A stretch of 64,000 bases of DNA from an uncultured Gammaproteobacteria bacterium (GTDB lineage Bacteria > Patescibacteriota > Microgenomatia > Levybacterales > UBA12049): NCBI GenBank assembly GCA_964653195.1, contig CAZZCX010000002.1:10921-74920 (forward strand). The letters are read 5' to 3'. Both the position numbers and the translations under genes were made by a program. The notes beneath the pieces are model-generated. The model had not been told where the DNA came from and did not search any database. It saw nothing but the letters and a program-made list of their open reading frames with translations. Below are positions 59,294 to 64,000 of this stretch, piece after piece; the stretch's first letter is position 1; each line of letters opens with the position of its first letter.

Positions 59294-59974
59294 ATGCTAC
59301 AACAAGAGTCAATAGATAAGCTAGATAGTTTTTTTAGCCAATATAAAATATTGAATTATAAATCACGTTCAGTTATTTCATCTTCAAACGATTCAGGTTT
59401 AAGCATTTTTTACATCAAGAGCGGATTCTTGCGCGTCTATCGACCATCCGGACAAGGTGAAGAATTAACTTTGACTATCTTAAAACCTAAGGACTTTTTC
59501 CCTCTTAATATTGGCTTATATAACATACGCCATACAGGACATTACTGCCTTGAAGCCTTAACTCCACTTGAAATCTGGAAAGTAAACCTTAAACGTTTTA
59601 ATCAATTTATAAAGCGAGAACCTGCACTGTATTTAGCTCTCACAAATAAAGCATTCTTTGGATTCAGTGATGTTTTATCCAAAATGGAAAATCTACTGTT
59701 GAATAATGCTTCAATTAAAATTGCAGCTACTTTAATTTCATGCGCAAGAAATTATGGCAAGAACGAAGGCAAACATATACTGATAAATGTTCCTCTAACA
59801 CATCGTGATATAGCTGCTCTTGTAGGCATAACTCGAGAAACAACTTCTTTAGAAATCAAAAAACTTGAAAAACAAGGTTATTTGGAAAAAAAAGGCAAAT
59901 ATTTGTTAATTAAAAATATCGAAAATCTAAATAAACAAATAAATTTGATAGCTGATAATAACTCTTCTATTTAG
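59294..59974 (+). CDS. Crp/Fnr family transcriptional regulator
   Basis: N-terminal cNMP-binding-like beta-roll and a C-terminal HTH RDIAALVGITRETTSLEIKKLEKQGYL. Confidence 0.8.
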   Translation: MLQQESIDKLDSFFSQYKILNYKSRSVISSSNDSGLSIFYIKSGFLRVYRPSGQGEELTLTILKPKDFFPLNIGLYNIRHTGHYCLEALTPLEIWKVNLKRFNQFIKREPALYLALTNKAFFGFSDVLSKMENLLLNNASIKIAATLISCARNYGKNEGKHILINVPLTHRDIAALVGITRETTSLEIKKLEKQGYLEKKGKYLLIKNIENLNKQINLIADNNSSI

Positions 59975-59982
59975 TATGCACC

Positions 59983-60027
59983 TTAACTTAACTTAACTTA
60001 ACATAACTTAATTTAATTTAATTTACA
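59983..60027. repeat. Pentanucleotide tandem repeats (TTAAC)x4, ATAAC, (TTAAT)x3
   Basis: Direct reading gives ttaac ttaac ttaac ttaac ataac ttaat ttaat ttaat. The array abuts the crp stop and contains the stop codon of the minus-strand gene 60018..60293. Confidence 0.9.
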
Positions 60028-60293
60028 TTTTCACTTTTCAGGTTACCAATTTCTTCCTTAACTTGATCTAAATTTGTTTCTAAATCGTCAACTGCATTAT
60101 CAGTTTTCTTCTTAACTTGAGCTGATGTTTTTTCAGCCCATTCTTTCACTTTCTTTATACTCTTTTTTACATATTCCTGATTTTTTTTATCTTTTAAAGC
60201 TACTGCAGCAGCTCCAATTACCATTCCAACTGCTATACCTTTTGCCTTTGATAAATTATTTGATTCAGAATTATTCTTATTATTATCTTTCAT
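60018..60293 (-). CDS. YtxH-like general stress protein (N-terminal TM plus coiled-coil)
   Basis: GIAVGMVIGAAAVAL hydrophobic segment followed by a Lys/Glu-rich helical region. It has a strong SD AGGGAGGTGA upstream. Confidence 0.5.
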   Translation of the reverse strand: MKDNNKNNSESNNLSKAKGIAVGMVIGAAAVALKDKKNQEYVKKSIKKVKEWAEKTSAQVKKKTDNAVDDLETNLDQVKEEIGNLKSENVN

Positions 60294-60326
60294 AAAGCAT
60301 TCACCTCCCTAGCTTGTCACATACAT

Positions 60327-60578
60327 CTAAGTACTTCTTAAAGCACGTGACCCAAAAAGCAACATAAGCGAACCACCAACAGCAACTATAAATGAAGCTA
60401 TATCAAAACCTGTAACTGTCGCGCCAAATATAAAATTTGCTAAAAATCCGCCTATCAAAGAACCAATAATACCTAAAAATATTGCACCCAATACCCCACC
60501 ATGACTTTCCGTTGGATCAATAGAATTTGCCACAATTCCTACAATAAGACCAAATAAAATCCAAGATAAAATATTCAT
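60327..60578 (-). CDS. GlsB/YeaQ/YmgE family stress-response membrane protein (transglycosylase-associated protein)
   Basis: ILSWILFGLIVGIVANSI...GGVLGAIFLGIIGSLIGGFL is the characteristic Gly-zipper pattern of this 80-aa family. Confidence 0.85.
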   Translation of the reverse strand: MNILSWILFGLIVGIVANSIDPTESHGGVLGAIFLGIIGSLIGGFLANFIFGATVTGFDIASFIVAVGGSLMLLFGSRALRST

Positions 60579-60596
60579 ATTTCTTTTACACCCCCC

Positions 60597-60662
60597 TAAT
60601 AACTAATATCTAATATCTAATATCTAGTAACTAGTAACTAGTAACTGAATTAAGTATTAAGT
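60597..60662. repeat. Compound heptanucleotide tandem-repeat array: TAATAAC, (TAATATC)x3, (TAGTAAC)x3, (ATTAAGT)x2
   Basis: Direct reading. The array lies 19-85 nt upstream of the GlsB-family start codon, in the promoter or leader on the minus strand. Confidence 0.9.
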
Positions 60663-60740
60663 ATCTTTATTTTTTAGATTAGTATTAAATTTGAATCTAA
60701 TATAATGTCAGAAAATATAAATCATAAAATGTAACACATA

Positions 60741-60770
60741 CAACAGCAGCTGCTTAAGCAGCTGAAGTTG
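60741..60770 (-). terminator. Hairpin containing an 18-bp perfect palindrome (CAGCTGCTTAAGCAGCTG). Likely terminator of the KGG gene.
   Basis: Palindrome at 60747-60764, with a stem extended by CAAC/GTTG. On the minus strand it is followed by TTACATTTTATGATTT. Confidence 0.4.
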
Positions 60771-60787
60771 TAAAACATGAAAACTTC

Positions 60788-60985
60788 TTATGCTTCTTTT
60801 TGATGACGAGCACGTCCTCCTTTTCTGCCTGCAGCTCGCGCCTCATCAGACGTCCACTTATGAGCAGTTCCTTTTCTGTGTGCTGTCTTACCTCCTTTGC
60901 TTGCTATCAAACGTTGTTTATCTTTATTCATTGATGCAAACCCGCGACTGCTTTTTCCTTTTTTATTCGCCATAATGATATTCAC
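60788..60985 (-). CDS. KGG-repeat general stress protein (YciG/con-10-like)
   Basis: KKGKSSRGFASM...ASKGGKTAHRKG...AAGRKGGRARH contains repeated KGG stress-protein motifs. It is 65 aa, strongly basic, with SD AGGGGGGTG upstream. Confidence 0.7.
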   Translation of the reverse strand: MNIIMANKKGKSSRGFASMNKDKQRLIASKGGKTAHRKGTAHKWTSDEARAAGRKGGRARHQKEA

Positions 60986-61119
60986 CCCCCTTCATATAAT
61001 TAATATATCTATAATCTACACCTCATCGATGAGAGTTCTAAGAATAACATGTAAGGAATGAGAAAGAATTATAGAGCTAATAGAGACTTTGATTTCCGCT
61101 TCTAATTTACTAATCAAAT

Positions 61120-61536
61120 TTAGCTCACTATATCCCCGTCGATTATGTTAGCGTGATATTTCTCAAGTATGCTCATATTTTTCGTATTGGCTTTAAACAA
61201 AACATCAGTTAAATCACCAATGAGCGGGAAAATTCCTATCAAAAAATCTACCACTACGTTTTTCACCATTTCTATTATTTTTTCCTGAGGTAAATGTATT
61301 TGTATTCCAATCCACACTAAATATAAAGATAGAATAGTTGTAAAAATATCTCCAAATCCTGGAATTAATCCGAGAATTGGATCTAAACCAAACTTGAATT
61401 TCCCGATACTAAACTTATTTTCTAATAAATCGGTTAGAACTTTAGCAAACTTAATATGTTGCTCCATAAGTAGAAAGTGATAAATTTTTCTGATATTAAC
61501 ATATAAAAGTAAGAGATATGAAAGAAGACGTAACAA
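61120..61536 (-). CDS. DUF4112-like small membrane protein. The likely true start is the internal MEQHIKF.
   Basis: FGLDPILGLIPGFGDIFTTILSLYLV matches the G-L-D-x-x-x-G-L-I-P-G-x-G-D pattern recalled for DUF4112. Confidence 0.5.
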   Translation of the reverse strand: MLRLLSYLLLLYVNIRKIYHFLLMEQHIKFAKVLTDLLENKFSIGKFKFGLDPILGLIPGFGDIFTTILSLYLVWIGIQIHLPQEKIIEMVKNVVVDFLIGIFPLIGDLTDVLFKANTKNMSILEKYHANIIDGDIVS

Positions 61537-61587
61537 ATTATAACTTGCTATTTATTAACCTACTGTTATAATTACACAGATATCATT

Positions 61588-62175
61588 ATGAGGTTGAATA
61601 ATAAAGATACACGTACTTTTCTATCTTTTATTATCATCCTCTTTTTTTTAGCGACTGGTAGCACTAAGTTAAATGAATATTTACCGCCACAGCTAAAAAA
61701 AATAATTTATTTACCTTCACCTACGACGAATCCTCAAATCCAAGGAACATCATCGGATAAATCGAATCTTCAAAAAGAAGTAGTAAAAGTCATACGAATA
61801 ATAGATGGGGATACTATTCAACTTGAAGATGGAAGAAAACTGCGATACATAGGCATTGACACACCTGAAATGACAGATCCGAGGAAGGGTATGGAATGTT
61901 ATGGAAAAGAATCGTCAAAACGTAATCATGAACTGGTTTTTGGTAAAAATATTCGTATCGAAAAAGATGTATCTGAAACTGATAGGTATAAAAGAATTTT
62001 AAGATATGTCTATATTGATGAAACTATGATAAATGAGCTATTGGTAAAAGAAGGATACGCCCTTGCTTCATCTTATCCTCCTGATATTAAATATCAGAAT
62101 ATCCTTATGAAAGCACAAGAAGTAGCAAAAGCAAATAAAAGCGGATTATGGGGTAATTGTATTACTACTTTTTAA
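61588..62175 (+). CDS. Thermonuclease (staphylococcal nuclease-like, SNase domain), secreted or membrane-anchored
   Basis: N-terminal hydrophobic segment, then VIRIIDGDTIQLEDGRKLRYIGIDTPE...RYKRILRYVYIDETMINELLVKEGYA, which gives the SNase Ca-binding/catalytic D-G-D-T, R, E and Y-x-R pattern. Confidence 0.85.
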   Translation: MRLNNKDTRTFLSFIIILFFLATGSTKLNEYLPPQLKKIIYLPSPTTNPQIQGTSSDKSNLQKEVVKVIRIIDGDTIQLEDGRKLRYIGIDTPEMTDPRKGMECYGKESSKRNHELVFGKNIRIEKDVSETDRYKRILRYVYIDETMINELLVKEGYALASSYPPDIKYQNILMKAQEVAKANKSGLWGNCITTF

Positions 62176-63348
62176 TTTTCGCATATTCAACTTCTTTCCT
62201 GGTAGTACGATAATTTGGATAATCAAAAAAAGCAATAACAGAACACCCATCCACGATGCAATATTTTTTGCAGAATAAACCTCAGATAATGCCCCAATAA
62301 AATATGCAAAGAATACGTATGGAATGTTTCGCAGCATATTAAAAACAGATAGAGTTGTAGTACGATATTTAGATTCTGTTACAGAGTTTATACCAATTGA
62401 TACAAAATTTAAATAAATTATCTGTAAACTTGAGCGTATTATAAGACTTAAACCACCTAAATATTTACCGGAAAGAGGAGAAATAATTAAAGTAAAGGCT
62501 AGCATAGTTCCTATTATTAAAACTGCCTGGTATTCTTTAAACGCTTTTTTTAACCAAGGTGTCAAACGAGATGAAAGCGATGAAATTAATAGTACGAAAG
62601 CCCAAAATATTCCCTGCTCCTCGATGCCAAAACCGAATTCTATTCCTAAAAAAGCATTTATCATTTCGTCTGCTATCACAACAATTATTCCAATAGATAA
62701 TAATAAGAACGTTTGTCGTACAATATTTTTGGATTTGAATAACTCAAACATAGCATGCTTAACCTGATAGATGCTATTTCTGATAGTGAATTTTTCAGAA
62801 TCAATTTTAGGCTCGGTTAAAAAGAGACAAAATATAAAAGCTATTATATACCCAATTGCTGAGCTTAAAGTCGGTAAAGGCGGCCACATCTTATACATAA
62901 ATCCGCCTATAATACTACATATAGCAATTGCGAAAAGACTAATTGCATTTATATTTGAAACTACTTTTGTGTAAACCGATTCTTTATTGATCTGTTTTAA
63001 AGAATCATAAATTATTGCCTCAAATGTTCCAGAATAAAAACTTACACCAACTCCAGCTATAAAAACTCCAATAATTAAATTGGGAAGACTAGGAACCAAC
63101 GCAAGTATTAAAATTCCCACAGCCTGAAGAAAAAATGACAATAACAATGAATGTTTCTTACCTAGTAAATCTGCTATTATTCCTGTCGGAATCTCACTTA
63201 AAATAAATGATGTAATCAAAGATGTTTCAATAAGTGCAATTCCTGCGTAGTTGGTATATAACAAATAGTAAAATACCCAGATGCCAAACCAAAACCAAGT
63301 GTAACGAAAAAAGCATATAAGATAAGCAAGCTTTATATTTCTCTCCAT
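62146..63348 (-). CDS. MFS transporter
   Basis: 400 aa with 12 hydrophobic helices and a motif-A-like GIIADLLGKKHS after TM2. Confidence 0.7.
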   Translation of the reverse strand: MERNIKLAYLICFFRYTWFWFGIWVFYYLLYTNYAGIALIETSLITSFILSEIPTGIIADLLGKKHSLLLSFFLQAVGILILALVPSLPNLIIGVFIAGVGVSFYSGTFEAIIYDSLKQINKESVYTKVVSNINAISLFAIAICSIIGGFMYKMWPPLPTLSSAIGYIIAFIFCLFLTEPKIDSEKFTIRNSIYQVKHAMFELFKSKNIVRQTFLLLSIGIIVVIADEMINAFLGIEFGFGIEEQGIFWAFVLLISSLSSRLTPWLKKAFKEYQAVLIIGTMLAFTLIISPLSGKYLGGLSLIIRSSLQIIYLNFVSIGINSVTESKYRTTTLSVFNMLRNIPYVFFAYFIGALSEVYSAKNIASWMGVLLLLFLIIQIIVLPGKKLNMRKLKSSNTITP

Positions 63349-63427
63349 TTTGCTAAGTATAACATGGAGGAGGATTTGCTAGAAAACTCGATAATTTAAG
63401 ATTTCTCTAGTCTGAAAATGGATTTTA

Positions 63428-64000
63428 CTAAGTTGAAACAATCTCTATCTCTATTCCCTTTAAAAAATCCATTACTCCTTGGCCTGTTTTCGCAGAAACA
63501 TAAAAACGCACATTGTTTGGATAAAGATCATTTAATATTACTTTATCATTTTCACTAAGCATTTCAGATTTATTAAATAAATTAATTTTTTTTGTGTTCT
63601 TTAACCCAAGTTCATTTAAAATTTGCTCTACAATAGCAATCTTTTTATACATTTCTTTATCAGATGCATCGATAACATGTACCAGAATATCAGCATGAAT
63701 AGATTCTATAAGGGTTGACTTAAATGCATCAATTAATTGAGTTGGTAAATCACGAATAAAGCCTATGGTATCGCTTACCAAAATTTCTTTACCGCTTACT
63801 GGTAAAAAGATTTTTCCTACTACGCTATCTAAAGTAACAAATAAAGCGTTCTTTACTGATTTATTTTTTTTAGTAAGTAAATTGAATAAGGTTGTTTTAC
63901 CAGCATTTGTATAACCTACCAAAGACACTGTTTTCAAACCAATCCTTCTTCTGTGAGCAAGTTGTTGCTTTTTTTCAATTGTTAACTTTTCAAGCTTATC
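63428..64000 (-). CDS. hflX: GTPase HflX, C-terminal (G-domain) part. The N-terminus lies beyond the window end.
   Basis: G1 VSLVGYTNAGKTTLFN, G2/G3 region DTIGFIRDLPTQLIDAFKSTLIE, and G4 NKSE. The frame stays open upstream to coordinate 64000 (...DKLEKLTIEKKQQLAHRRRIGLKTVSLVGY), which matches the HflX linker. The track's Met at 63937 is a TTG. Confidence 0.85.
   Translation of the reverse strand, partial: DKLEKLTIEKKQQLAHRRRIGLKTVSLVGYTNAGKTTLFNLLTKKNKSVKNALFVTLDSVVGKIFLPVSGKEILVSDTIGFIRDLPTQLIDAFKSTLIESIHADILVHVIDASDKEMYKKIAIVEQILNELGLKNTKKINLFNKSEMLSENDKVILNDLYPNNVRFYVSAKTGQGVMDFLKGIEIEIVST

Noticed and set aside
15219-60662. Short tandem repeat arrays considered as CRISPR arrays
   Set aside because: The units are 5-7 bp, directly abutting, with no spacers and no cas genes nearby. 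They are microsatellites, not CRISPR.
1-64000. Mobile-element genes (transposase, integrase), rRNA genes and additional tRNAs
   Set aside because: No DDE or serine/tyrosine recombinase motifs were seen in any ORF. No rRNA-like conserved stretches were seen. Spacers were scanned by eye for T-loop-like GGTTCGA/GGATTCGA motifs and only the tRNA-Glu was found. Automated scans (tRNAscan-SE, Infernal) could still find small RNAs I missed.

Overview
This is a gene-dense, strongly AT-rich bacterial window with small intergenic spacers. Most genes lie on the minus strand in tightly coupled operons. Many stop/start overlaps are only 4 nt, which suggests translational coupling. The gene content (RRM-type RNA-binding protein, an expanded set of GT-C membrane transferases, small stress proteins) resembles small-genome Patescibacteria/CPR-like bacteria. 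That placement is an inference only.

The main feature is a cell-surface glycosylation mega-locus of about 34 kb (1..33986). It contains at least 12 polytopic GT-C-type membrane glycosyltransferases. These comprise five ArnT/PMT_2 (GT39/GT83-like) proteins, four of them tandem paralogs and one ArnT-like, a YfhO-like pair, a DUF2029/GT87-like protein, and several unclassified large membrane proteins. It also contains eight GT2 enzymes, several of which look like DPM1/GtrB/CsbB-type polyprenyl-phosphate-sugar synthases, one GT4 enzyme, a Wzx-type flippase, and a divergently transcribed MsbA/PglK-like ABC exporter. A secreted protein with a Pro/Thr-rich linker and a dockerin-like C-terminus sits inside the locus.

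Downstream features:
- An AI-2E transporter.
- A small GIY-YIG (YhbQ-like) gene whose 3' end is fused into the 5' end of a tRNA-Glu(CUC) gene. An 11-nt copy of the tRNA 5' end and a likely tRNA promoter sit upstream of it. This looks like an insertion footprint.
- A block of hypothetical genes with two NUDIX hydrolases, a beta-CASP nuclease and a GNAT-like/C39-like peptidase-domain protein.
- Housekeeping and cell-wall genes: Lon, IMPase, an S11 DD-carboxypeptidase, GH18, an OmpR/HK pair and Crp.
- A small general-stress gene island (YtxH, GlsB/YmgE, KGG/YciG, DUF4112) flanked by unusual penta- and heptanucleotide tandem-repeat arrays.
- A thermonuclease.
- A partial hflX at the window end.

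No CRISPR array, rRNA or recognisable transposase was seen. The ORF track uses alternative start codons and excludes ORFs that run off the window edge, so two edge genes were added by hand.
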